A stretch of 64,000 bases of DNA, from assembly GCF_030028105.1 (NCBI RefSeq), contig NC_092372.1, positions 137,088,058 through 137,152,057 on the forward strand, written 5' to 3'. Source of the stretch: Mobula birostris. Lineage: Eukaryota. This document shows, in pieces, positions 13,170 through 24,548 of the stretch. The number at the start of each line of letters is the position of its first letter. Positions within the stretch are counted from its first letter, which is position 1. The notes under the pieces are model-generated. The model did not search any database and had not been told where the DNA came from. It saw nothing but the letters and a program-made list of their open reading frames with translations. Made by a program: the position numbers and the translations under genes.

Positions 13170-13848
13170 TTAGATTATGAGGACACTCAGTCCTCATTTA
13201 TTGTCATTTAGAAATGCATGCATTAAGAAATGATACAATGTTCCTCCAGAGTGATATCACAAAAAAAACAGGACAAACCAAAGACTAACACTGACAAAAC
13301 CACATAATTATAACATATAGTTACAACAATGCAAAGCAATACCATAATATGATAAAGAGCAGACCATGGGCACGGTAAAAAGAAACTCAAAGTCCCAATC
13401 GACTCCCGATAGTCCCCGATAGCAGGCGGCAAAAGGAGAAACTCTCCCTGCCATAACCCTCCAGGCACCGACAACTGCCGATGCATTGGAAGCACCCGAC
13501 CACAGCCGACACTGAGTCCATCCATCCAAAAACTTCGAGCCTCCGACCAGCCCCTCCAATACAGCCTCCCGAGCGCTATCCTCAGCTGAGCGCCTTTGAC
13601 CCTGCCCCGGCCGCCGAAACAAGCAAAGCCAAGGACTCAGGGTCTTCTCCTCTGGAGATTCCAGTCCACACAGTAGCAACAGCAGCAAAGCGGGCATTTC
13701 AGAAGTTTCTCCAGATGTTCCTCTGTGCTCTCTCCCGTCTGTCTCCATCAAGTCAGGATTGTGCACGGCACCCTAGTTGACAGATAACAGACATCACCGG
13801 AGTTGCTGCACGCGCTGCGTCGCGCCACCATCTTCTCCTCCTCCTCCT
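13170..13848 (-). mobile_element. Non-autonomous retroelement (LINE-derived), CpG-rich
   Basis: Antisense head gaggagaagatggtggcgcgacgcagc; 3' end has an aataaa/..aatctaa tail typical of the Rex-type tails in this window; no intact ORF. Confidence 0.5.
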
Positions 13849-13949
13849 GCGGTCGATCCACCAGAGCCTTTTTCTTACTTATCACTAATGAGTGTCACAC
13901 TGCAGTTGTGCTATATAACTCCAGCTTATTTCTACATAGCACTTAAAAG

Positions 13950-14730
13950 ACCATAAGACCACAAGATGTAGGAGCAGAATTAGACCATTTGAGTCACCAA
14001 GTCTGTTCTACCATTTAATCGTGGCTACTTTTTAAAACCCATTGATAATCAGAATCAGAATCAGGTTTATTATCACTCGCACATGTCATGAAATTTCTTG
14101 TTCTGTGGCAGCAGTATAGTGCAAGATATAAAAAAAATTACAATATGACTGCTAAACAAGATAAGAACAGGAAAGAGGAGATATTTCTTTCGACTGAGGG
14201 TGATGAATCTCTGGAATGGCAGAGCAGATTTTATAGGCCAAATGACCTCGTTCTGCTCCCATGGCTAAAGGTCTAAATACATCCAATGGCAGTCTGCACA
14301 GTCTTCCGTGGCAAGGGATTCCACAGATTCACCACTCTCTGCCTGACAAAATTCCTCCTCATCTCAATTTTAAAGCAATATCCTTTTACTCTGATACTTC
14401 CTCTCAAATCCTAGAGACTGCTATTAATGGACATATTCTTAATTTCCACTCTATTCATGCCTTTCAGTTTCTGTAGGTTTCAACAAAATCTCTCTTCATT
14501 CTTCTTCTATTCTTCAATAGGTTTCAATGCGACCCCTCCTCATTCTTCTAAACTCCACCAAGTCCAGGCCCAAACACTCCACAGACGTTAAGACTTTCAT
14601 TCCTAAGATCATTCCCTCCAGGGCTAGTATATTTCTCCTTAGATACAAGTCCCAAAATTGCTCCTAATATTCCAAATACGGTCTGACCAATGCCTTGTAA
14701 AGTCTAAGCAGTACATCCCTGCTTTTATAA
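13950..14730 (-). mobile_element. Nested CR1 3' fragments and Rex tail
   Basis: ccataagac tail, gaattccacagattcaccact motif, (aatcag)n Rex-type tail. Confidence 0.65.
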
Positions 14731-15933
14731 ACTCGGTCTGCGAATTGTAGCGCAAATGAAACTAATAATTTTAATTTACTGGAATAATCACAAATCCATC
14801 AATTATGGATCAAAGCAAATATTAGATTGGTACTGTTATAAAATAACTTATCCAATATTATTTATTTCAGGACAACATGTTGCCACCCAGTGGATATTCT
14901 TAAGAATTGCAATTTTCATTTCTACATTGATAGTTCCCAAATCGGAAAGTGAAACACGACCATTTATTCTGGCCATGTGACAGCAATATCAGATGAGGGA
15001 GTAGAGTTTAGCCAGGATATCAGGGCATTTCTTTCTTCTTTCTCATGTTTAGATTCATCACAATAGGTAGATGGGGATCAATTTATTTTCAAAGGGCAGT
15101 TGTTTTTTTTGCAAATTATTCTGCACAATTTTACAATGAACATAATGATCCACTTCTGACTACATAGCACATTAGGGAACTCTCATCCACTGCCACTGTA
15201 TATCATGAATAATAACTTCCCAAAATGTGGCTGCAAAATATAAGCTTTTATACCTGTAACAGTTCCTCAGCACAAATATTAAATATTTGAGGACTGTAAT
15301 ATCTTTCTAAATACCATATTTTCATTTGTCCATTTCAACATCTAAAGTGGGAAATCCTTCTATGCCATAAAGAAAAGGCATATATAGCATGCTCGTAATC
15401 TTAACTACTAGTTTAAATATTCACTCCTCCATCTGCACACCAAGGCTGCTCAGTGTACCATCTATAAAATGTACCGTTATTGCTTTCCTAGGCTACTCTA
15501 ATGGTACCTGCAATCTCAACCATCAAGAAGGATCAAGCTTGTTGAAATACCGCCATTTGTACGTTCGTCTTCAAATCACACACCATCCTTACTTGTAAAT
15601 ATTGTGACACTCTGGGGGGGGGGATGCTGGGTCAACAGCCCACCCCTACATTTCTAATGACCGGTACCGTTTATTGTTCTTGTGTTAAAATGCTTTTGTG
15701 GGATTATGGTGGGAAATTCCAGTTCATTAATGGTTACATTTTAGCTTGGGTTACACAGTTATTTGCGTCTGTATTTATGGGTCACCCTAACCAGGGTGTG
15801 TGATGGTCACCTTCCCTGTGTGATTTTAAAAATGCAAACAACAGGAATTCTGCAGATGCTGGAAATTCAAGCAACACACATAAAAGTTGCTGGTGAACGC
15901 AGCAGGCCAGGCAGCATCTATAGGAAAAGGTGC

Positions 15934-15969
15934 AGTCGACGTTTCAGGCCGAGACCCTTCGTCAGGACT
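15934..15969 (-). ncRNA. Minimal hammerhead ribozyme, core intact
   Basis: Reverse complement AGTC CTGACGA AGGGTCTCGGCCT GAAA CGTC GACT. Confidence 0.7.
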
Positions 15970-16678
15970 AACTGAAGGAAGAGCGAATAAGGGATTTGAA
16001 AGTTGGAGGGGGAAGGGGAGATCCAAAATGATAAGAGAAGACAGGAGGGGGAGGGATGGAGCCAAGAGCTGGACAGATGATTGGCAAAAGGGATACGAGA
16101 GGATCATGGGTCAGGAGGTCCGGGAAGAAAGGCAGGCGGGGGGGGGGAACCCAGAGGATGGGCAAGGGGTATATTCAGAGGGACAGAGGGAGAAAAAGGA
16201 GAGTAGAGAGGAAGAGAGTGGCCACACATTTTAATTCCACATCCCATTCCCATTCTGACATGTCTGTCCACGGCCTCCTCTACTGTAAAGATGAAGCCAC
16301 ACTCAGGTTGGAGGAACAACACCTTATATTCCGTCTGGGTAGCCTCCAACCTGATGGCATGAACATTGACTTCTCTAACTTCCGCTAAGGCCCCACCTCC
16401 CCCTCGTACCCCATCTGTTACTTATTTTTATACATACATTCTTTCACTCTCCTTTTTCTCCCTCTGTCCCTCTGAATATACCCCTTGCCCATCCTCTGGG
16501 TTCCCCCCACCCCTTGTCTTTCTTCCCGGACCCCCTGTCCCATGATCCTCTCGTATCCCTTTTCCCTATCACCCATCCAGCTCTTGGCTCCATCCCTCCC
16601 CCTCCTGTCTTCTCCTATCACTTGGATCTCCCCCTCCCCCTCCAACTTTCAAATCCCTTACTCACTCTTCCTTCAGTT

Positions 16679-16714
16679 AGTCCTGATGAAGGGTCTTGGC
16701 CTGAAACGTCAACT
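16679..16714 (+). ncRNA. Minimal hammerhead ribozyme, core intact, stem I mismatch
   Basis: AGTC CTGATGA AGGGTCTTGGCCT GAAA CGTC AACT. Confidence 0.6.
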
Positions 16715-19139
16715 GCACCTCTTCCTAGAGATGCTGCCTGGCCTGCTGCGTTCACCAGCAACTTTTATGTGTGTTGCCTGTCTGTGTGATTCTGGTTGGG
16801 TTCACTCTCTGGGTCATGTGCCCGGTCTGTTTTGTCTATCACAATAAAACGGTTGTTCAGTTCAATGTGCTTCCTCATCTGTCATTATGGATCAAATGAA
16901 AACCACACTGGTGTCAGGAGAGGGATGCGAGATCGATGATGAGATTGAAGAGCTATGATGTCGGATAGAGTGCCTTAAGACCCGGGGAATAAGATGAGGG
17001 AACGAGCAGAATGCCTCCCCTGCAACCGCAGGCAGGGCTCATGAAGACAAGATCCGAAGGGAGGACCTGGGAACAGAGCATTGTGCCTTTCCAGGGAGCC
17101 CCAACGGAGTGAGCGTACCCAGGCTCTCCAACCCAGGGGGTATAACAGTGCACATCTCTTGCCTCTGTAGCGACCTGCACTGGGGAGCCCAAGACGCCGT
17201 AGCCATGGGAGGATGGGCACCTGGCAAATGCCGCCGGAGCAAGAGGAAGATCAAAGAGCCTCAACGATTTGTGCCTCAAGGTCTACCCTGAAGCTCCCCA
17301 GATACAACGGTACCAGCCGCCTGGAGCCTTATCTGGTGCCATATAACACAACGGGTGGAGCCCCACCAAGACAACAGTGCACCTTGCACTGGCACTGCCG
17401 GAAGATACCCTGTAGGCCCTCCTCAACCTAACGCTGGCAGAGCTGTGGCGCTGGAGTGGCATTTCGAGCAGAGCCCATTGGTGGAAGCCATGAGGGAAGA
17501 ACTGTGCAGCAGATGGTGCCGTATGAGAGTAAGTCTGCCGGCCCAGGCAGCTGATCTTCACCACTGTGCTCGACATGGCTACCACCAGTTCCCTCCCGTG
17601 GCCCAGAAAGAGCTTGCCCTCCACGCCTTTGTAAAGGTGCTGACGCATGTTCACCTGATATCACCATTTTCGCTGGACGAGGTGCTGGCTGAGGCAGAGA
17701 GGGCAGAAGCAATTTTAGCTCCCCAAGATGTTCCAGCATCGCCCCGCACACCGCAAGCCCAGGCTTGTGTCACTGAGGTGGAAGAAGAAACTGAGGAGAA
17801 GGAGCCCGTGAGACAGGTCTAACCAGTGCCACGCTGACCCCGCTGGCGGCCACAAAACAATCTCTGCTACTGGTGCAGTGAGGCAGGACATTTGGCCTGG
17901 GACTGCCCTGCACCGGCACCACGCCACAGCTCAGAGCAACCATCGGGAAACGCTAATCGGGCAGCGCCACCCAAATCCTCCAGCAGAACCCCTCCATTGT
18001 CGCCCCTCCGGGTGGGCCGTTTGGGTGAAGAGCAAGGCTTATACATGAACTTCTTGGTGGAGGGCATCAGATGCCATGCGTTGGTGCATACGGGGTCAAC
18101 CATCACTATCATCTGTCTCGGTGTACTCCCCAATGCGGACCAGCCATCCTTGCCTAGGTGGACAATGACAGCAGTCCAGTCGGCTACGGTCACTGGTGAC
18201 TGTGTAGCGATGCGAGGAAAGAAGAGGCTGCGCATCGCAGTGGGGAAAACGCAGTGGAGCACAAGGTGTGGCTTGCCAACATCCAAGAGTCCTACATCAT
18301 TGGCCTGGACCTGCAGTCTGTGTGGATGTGTCAGGTACAACACTCTACCTCCGAGCTGAAGCCGTGGCTCTCCAGCCGGGCAGTTCCAGGGAGCGGTCCC
18401 GGAGGGGGCAGCAACCATCACCGGTTTCACAGCAGTGCAGCACACCCGGCAGTGGCCCAACGCAACACAGCTGAACCATGGGCAAGTAACAGTGATGGCA
18501 CTTCAGGTGACAGCCAGCGACGCCCCCCCCCCCCCACCACTACGGACCACGAGCAGTTCCACAGTGAACAAGTGAGCGATTCTGTGCTGGCCCATGTAAG
18601 GTGTTGGCTGAGTGTGGACGATGGCTGGACCCAAAGACCAAAGCCCTACACTCACAGTGGAGAACACTGGAGGTCCACGACGGGTTGCTGTTCTGGCGGT
18701 GGCAGTTGTCCGATGGTGACAGACTCTGTCAGCTGGTGGTCCCCCGGGGGCTCCACGCCACAGTTCTGCGATTGGTGCACGGTCGGGTGGAGGCCGGCCA
18801 TTTCGGAGTTGCAAAGACTTTGGGCAGGCTGCGTGAACGCTCCTACTGGCCTGGGTACAGACAGGATATGGAGCTATTCGTGCACGGCTGCAACACTTGC
18901 AAGTCCCAGAAGGGGCCGAGCTGCCAGTCTAGGGTGCCAATGCAGCACCACATGGTGGGGGCCCCAGTATAGGTCTACTGCCCTTCCTGGAAGAAGGGAC
19001 TATCCCTCAGGGTTGGAAGCCACTGGAATGGTGCTCAACCGCATCGCCAATGTGGTATATTGGGTGCGGTTGCCTGAGCGGTGGAAGGCAGTTGTGCTGC
19101 ACCGGGACCGGCTGGAACCCACTTGTTCTGGTGGACAGA

Positions 19140-19940
19140 GCATAGATGTTTGGCAAAACAGTCTCCCAATCTACGTTGGGGTTTCATCGATACACAAGAA
19201 GCCATAGCGGGAGCACCAAACACAGTATATAACCCCCAACAGACTCACAGGTGAAGTGTCGCCTCACCTGGAAAGACTGTTTGGGGCCATGAATGGTAGT
19301 GATGGAGGAGGTATAGGGGAAGGTATAGCAGTTGTTCCACTTGCAAGGATAAGTGCCAGGAGGGAGATCAGTGGGAAGGACGAATGGACAAGGGAGTTGT
19401 GTAGGGAGCAATCCCTGTGGAAAGCAGGAAGTGTGGGGGGGTGGCGGCAGGAGGGAAAGATGTGTTTGGTGGTGGGATCCAGTTGGAGCTGGTGGACATT
19501 TTGGAGAATTATGTGCTGGACGCAGAGGCTGGTGGGGTGGTAGGTGAGGACAAGAGGAACCCTATCCCTGGTAGCGTGGCAGGAGGATGGGGTAAGAGCA
19601 GACATGTGTGAAATGGAAGAGGGCTGGTTGAGGGCAGTGTTGACGGTGGAGGAAGGGAAGCCCCTTTCTTTGAAAAAGCAGGACATCTGCTTCGTTCTAG
19701 AATGAAAAGCCTCATCCTGAGAGCAGATGCAGTGGAGACAGAGGAATTGAGAAAAGGAGTAGCGTTTTTACAAGTAGCAGGGAGGAATGAGGTATAGTCC
19801 AGGTAGCTGTGGGAGCTGATTGGATTATAATAGACATAGGTGGATAAGCTGTCTCCGGAGACAGAGGCAGTGAGATCGAGAAAGGGAAGGGAAGAGTCAG
19901 AAGTGGACCAGTTGAATTTGAGGGCAGGGTGGAAGAATTT
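19140..19940 (-). mobile_element. Penelope-like element (RT thumb to GIY-YIG)
   Basis: FFKERGFP, DRVPLVLTYHP, GPKQSFQVRRHFTCES motifs. Confidence 0.85.
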
Positions 19941-20918
19941 CTAAACCTAGATGAAATTTTAAACAAAAATCACATTTCTTTCCCTCAGTCTCCTCTGTAT
20001 TTCTGACTTCTGCCTAACTCACATAGTAATAAATAGTTCATTAACTCAAAGACCAAAAGTAATACTGTTTATTTTGGCAGTTTCCAAAAGTGCTGCAGTA
20101 AACACACTTTTGCAATGGTAAAACTAATAAGGTTTTTGATTTTTTTGGGTGTAATCATTAAACTTAGCTGTCTGAAACTCTGGAACCACTGAAGCTTTAA
20201 TTTTCAATTACATGAATGGGAATTGTCTACTTTTTCTGAACAAGTGTTCCTTGTTAATTTACTAAGGAGGAAAGATCATGGAAGAAAAGGAAGGAGGTGG
20301 GGAACCAAAAGAGGTTCAGGGCACCATTCATAGCCCCAAACAGTCCTTCCAAGTGAGACAACACTTCGCACGAGAGCTTGTTAGGGTCAACTATTGTGGT
20401 GGTTCTCCTGGTGCGACCTCTTCTACATTGATAAGACCAAATACAGACTGGGGGACTGGTTCGTTGAGCATATTCACTCTGTCTGCCACAAAAGGTAGGA
20501 TCTCCTGGTGGCTACCCATTTTAATTCAATTTCTGACATCATGAGGCCACATTCAGATTAGAAGAGCCTCATATTTCTTCTATCTTTCAATAATTACTAA
20601 CCCCTCATCCCTTGTCTCTTTTTCCATTCCCTATTTTGGTTACCCTCTCACTCCTTCTCTTATCATCTGCCCATCATCTCCCTCTGGATCCCTTCCTCCT
20701 TCCTTTTCTTCCATGGCCCATTGTCCTTTCCTATTAGAATCCTTCTTTTCAGCCCTGTTCCTCTTCTACCTATCACACCTCAGCTCCTTACTTCATCTCA
20801 TCTCTCCCACCCACCCAACCTTCCCCCTCACCCGGTCTCCCCCATCACCTGCCAGTTTATACTTCCTCCCCTCCTCCCACCTTCTTATCCTGGCTTCTCC
20901 CCACTTTCTTCCCAGTCC

Positions 20919-21144
20919 TTTTTTTTAAGCGTGTTGTATCGTCTTGTCTGGCACGTGGTGTCAGGATTAACTGGGTCACATTATGAACGTTCCTGACTCG
21001 ACCCTTGTATTTTTTACGAGGCCAAGTGGCTAGCTCGACACTCAACCCAGCAAGGGCGTGCTCAGGGGTGGCCTGACCTGGATTTGATCTCGGGAACCTT
21101 CACTCCGGAGTCCAGCGCTGATCTCACTGCGCCACCAACCGGCC
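20919..21144 (-). mobile_element. tRNA-derived SINE
   Basis: Antisense A-box TGGCGCAGTGA, B-box-like GAGATCAAATCC, poly-A tail; ccagtcct duplicated on both sides. Confidence 0.75.
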
Positions 21145-21192
21145 ACTTTCCAGTCCTGATGAAGGGACTTAGCCCAAAACGTTGACTCTTTA

Positions 21193-21712
21193 AGCCTGAT
21201 TTATACTTCTGCGTCAACATGTCGCCATAAGTACTGCGTCGCCGCAAACCCTACGCAAAGCCAACGCAGAACCTTACGCGAAAGCCTGCGTTGCTGCGAA
21301 GCGCACCTCTCCCAAAATGTAACCGCGCGTCACAGCAACGCAGAACGCAACAGCTGTGATTGGTCCGCTTGGTAGCATCACATTTCCTCCTACGCTGCAG
21401 TAGCTTCCCATTGGGCAACTGAAGGGCAGGGAAGGAACTCTGGCTGCAATGCTTTCCATAAAGCTTTACAGACCTCGAAATTATGGAGGACATATTTTGC
21501 TTTTACAAAAACAAACGCTCGCTTCTTGTTTACCCCAAGAAAGACTACCATGACCATGAAGCCTTGCGTCGGCAGCTGTGTGCGCATGCGCGACGTGCGC
21601 GATTTGCAGAGCAACGCAGACACACCAACGCACAAGTATAAATGCTCACAACGCACGTAGATCACTTGCATAGGTTACGGCGTCGAGTTAACGCAGAAGT
21701 ATAGATCAGGCT
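21193..21712. mobile_element. PIF/Harbinger-type MITE
   Basis: TIR AGCCTGAT(T/C)TATACTTCTGCGT; TTA TSD at 21190-92 and 21713-15; CpG-rich, suggesting a young insertion. Confidence 0.85.
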
Positions 21713-22389
21713 TTATTCTTGACCTCCAGCATTTTGCGTGTGTTACATTGAAACATCAGCTATTTATTCCCCCTCATAGATGGTGCCTAACTTGCTGAGT
21801 TCTTTCAGCATTTTGTGAGTGTTCCTTATGGAATGGAATGTAGCATTGATCTTAACAACATGATTACTGGATAAATTACATTGGCCAGTGAAGGAACATG
21901 GCTTCCTGCTAATTCCAGCACCTGAGCAATCGAATGTGCAAGTGCATGGATCCAAGAATACTTCCCTTATAGATAAATGGTAGTAACATTCTAAAAGAAA
22001 TACTGAAATAATAACCTGAAAATGGAACTTCTTCAATCCACAATGTATCATCAGCTGGTATGGAGCAGTGCGGTCCTCTATAAGGCTGTGTCTCAATTTA
22101 TAAGTACATCACAAACTTTGGAAGAATGGAATTTACTGTCAGTGTAGAAAGTAGCGACCTTACTGGCTATGAATTACTTATGTACTGGCGAGCAACAATC
22201 AGCGTCCAGCTCCTCTACACTCAGGCTTAGCCTCTTCTATGGTTCATGAACAATGTGGCAAGACATGCAAAAGTTATTATGAAATCATCATCTTTAATAA
22301 TTCACACAGATTGGTAAAACTATTTACTGTCAATTATAACTTGCATTCTTAACTGTTAAAAATGTTTTAAGTCATTTAACAACTCCCAC

Positions 22390-22536
22390 CTGGATATGTA
22401 TAATTATTTTTCTTTGGTGTTGTCTGTTTAAGTAATTGAGTATGTATCCTCTGCCCAAATGCCAAGGATCGTTGGATTCGCATTCGGTCTTGGTTGCAGA
22501 AACTGAATGCCGCATCCCGTTCCTTCTGGAGTATGT
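22390..22536 (-). CDS. LRRC72: LRRC72 exon 7 (YILQKERDAAFSFCNQDRMRIQRSLAFGQRIHTQLLKQTTPKKNNYTYP)
   Basis: ttgtacag|AC...CCAG|gtggga, 147 nt, open in frame with exon 6; KER...QSxAFG pattern. The donor is weak, so the 3' end is less certain. Confidence 0.82.
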
Positions 22537-22611
22537 CTGTACAAGCAAAGCCTCTGTAACTTTGACAACAAGAATTCAGAAATTTCAGTTAAGAAAATTT
22601 GAATAACTCAC

Positions 22612-22701
22612 ATTTTCTATCAAGCAGCTGCACTGAAGGTAGATGGTAGATGACATATAGACGATAATCTCGATCTTGTGTCAAAGGATTATTGAATAGA
22701 T
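22612..22701 (-). CDS. LRRC72: LRRC72 exon 6 (NLFNNPLTQDRDYRLYVIYHLPSVQLLDRK), LRRcap
   Basis: cttacag|AT...AAAAT|gtgagt, 90 nt; NP..YR..VI..LP.V..LD LRR-cap motif. Confidence 0.93.
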
Positions 22702-22810
22702 CTGTAAGAGAGAGAAATTTATATCTTAAAAATGAAACTAGGAAAAATGAATTAACTATTTCTAGGTTCAAGGTAAATACTCGACAAGTCCCATCATCAG
22801 GACTGGAAAG

Positions 22811-22932
22811 TGGCCGGTTGGTGGCGCAGTGAGATCAGCAACGAACTCCAGAGTGAAGGTTCCCGAGTTCGAATCCAGGTCAGGCCACCCCTGAGCACAC
22901 TTTCCATCCTTGCCAGGTTGAGTGTCGAGCTA
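22811..22932 (+). mobile_element. 5' part of the same tRNA-derived SINE
   Basis: A-box TGGCGCAGTGA and B-box GAGTTCGAATCC; reverse complement of 21031-21144. Confidence 0.8.
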
Positions 22933-24434
22933 AGTTATTTTAATTATAAATGTAGCTCCATCTAAGCATACCGCTCTGATGCACTGAAGTTCATTAACGA
23001 TTTCATACCAATATAAAAATAACATAAAACATTCGAAATAATCTAATTTGAGAGTACAAAGGAGCCAGAATTGGAAGGAAGCAAACAACTTGGATGGTTC
23101 TAGAGCTGAAGGATATTATACAGCAAGACATCGGGGAGGGGGAGAAATTTAAAAACAAAGATAACTTTTAAGTTATTACAACATTGGCTCCATGCATGTT
23201 CCCTTGGATCCCCACAACTTGCAACTTATTCTCGATCATATCCTATCCTTTTTGACTCTTCTGCTATCTACCATAAAAGGGCATGAGAGAAAGCCAGAGA
23301 ATCCAGGGAAACCTATGCAGTCACATGTGGAATAGGCAAACTCCACAGAGGCAGCACCCAAAGCCAAGAATGAAACTGGGTTGTGGAGCTGCGACGTGGT
23401 TTGAACTGTTCTTTAAAATGACAGATGATGGTGGACTCAAAGTCAATATATGTTACAAGGAAATGAACAAGCGGGAAAGTGTGGAGGCTAGAAGATGAGT
23501 AGTAAAGTTTTGAATAATCTCAAGAATAAAGATTGGGAGGCCTAGCAGTATTTGTATCTGAATAAGTTCAACGTTTAAGAGAAGTGCATGTACGGAGGGC
23601 TGTGGTCCAGGTGCAGGTAGATGGGACTAGGCAGTTTAAACGATTCAGCATAGTCTAAGTGGGCCGAAGGGCCTGTTTCTGTGCTGTAGTTTTCTATGAC
23701 TTTAAGTAAAGCAACAAATTAAAAACTAAATAAACATGACAGTAATTACATTTACACTTTGCAACTGTCCACGTTTCAATAGTCTGAGTACTTTTAACAC
23801 TGGTCATGGACAGAAATTGAATATTTAACAATATATACTTAACTTTAAGTCATAGAAAACATTTATTGCAGAAAGCCATTGAAAAACCCCCTGGTATCAT
23901 ACCTCTGGTTTTAAAGTGAAATTTCATTAATCCAGCATGCTTGGGATTGTGGGAGCAATAATGTATACTTTCCAGACTATTGGACGCTATTCTACTACAA
24001 CACACTTACAATTCACTTTAATTTTAAATGGCACACAGCATATTCATATATTTTTTTCAGTGAAACAGGTAGGTTTCAATGGAATGCGAGAACAAAGCCT
24101 GGTGAGTTTCAAGGTGGCATGGTGGACAGAGCCAGGTCAGTTACAGAAGAGAGAGGTAACATGGTTTAAGGTCTGTGCAAGATTGGGGCCCAAGTGTGTT
24201 AAGGGTGTTTCAAATATCAGTACCTGGTGAGCCAGATGCTGAATCATCAAGATTACTGAATAGCTGAAAATTGGATTATCAGAGTTTTATTGTAATAAAT
24301 AAAAAATAAATGAAAATACATATTTTTCTATTTATAATACATTATGCTCTATGAAGGCTACAACGATTGTGATATACTGCATCAGGTCCAACAGATAAAG
24401 TACATACTATCCTGAGACAGACGATTTTGCTTAC

Positions 24435-24548
24435 TTAATGTGTGCAACCACATCAATTTCTTTAATTCTGCTACGACCTTCTCCAACTTAGTAAGCCAAT
24501 TGTTGTGTAGCATCAATATCTCCAAGTTTGTCAAGTGTTTCAGAGTAT
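24435..24548 (-). CDS. LRRC72: LRRC72 exon 5 (DTLKHLTNLEILMLHNNWLTKLEKVVAELKKLMWLHTL)
   Basis: tcttag|AT...TTAA|gtaagc, 114 nt, phase 1 to 1; LRR repeat; lies inside ORF 24382..24636. Confidence 0.92.

Larger units (their letters stand above)
15826..16781. mobile_element. Penelope-like element, inverted arms, inside the Gypsy LTR
   Basis: Left arm antisense, right arm sense with GIY-YIG C-terminus (HFNSTSHSHSDM..LEEQHLIFRLGSLQPDGMN); ctgtgtgatt duplicated at 15816-25 and 16782-91. Confidence 0.85.
15603..19135 (+). mobile_element. Gypsy LTR retrotransposon remnant (5' LTR, PBS, gag, protease, integrase; no RT seen)
   Basis: LTR TG..CA at 15603-16907; PBS TGGTGTCAGGAGAGGGAT at 16909 (tRNA-Leu-like); CCHC knuckle CYWCSEAGHLAWDC near 17865; ALVHTGST protease; H..GHFG..C..C integrase zinc domain. 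Confidence 0.85.
20270..21760 (+). mobile_element. Penelope-like 3' portion interrupted by a SINE and a MITE
   Basis: PKQSFQVRQHF, pyrimidine-rich spacer and hammerhead tail resuming at 21146. Confidence 0.7.

Noticed and set aside
13223-13780. Overlapping ORFs and CpG-rich patch as a gene or promoter
   Set aside because: The architecture fits a young non-autonomous retroelement; no protein motifs.
18254-19207. Longest ORF in the track (317 aa) as a novel gene
   Set aside because: It is a frame-shifted mosaic of Gypsy protease/integrase pieces running into a Penelope fragment.
22811-22890. tRNA gene
   Set aside because: A and B boxes are present, but there is no cloverleaf or T-run terminator, and it continues into a SINE body.
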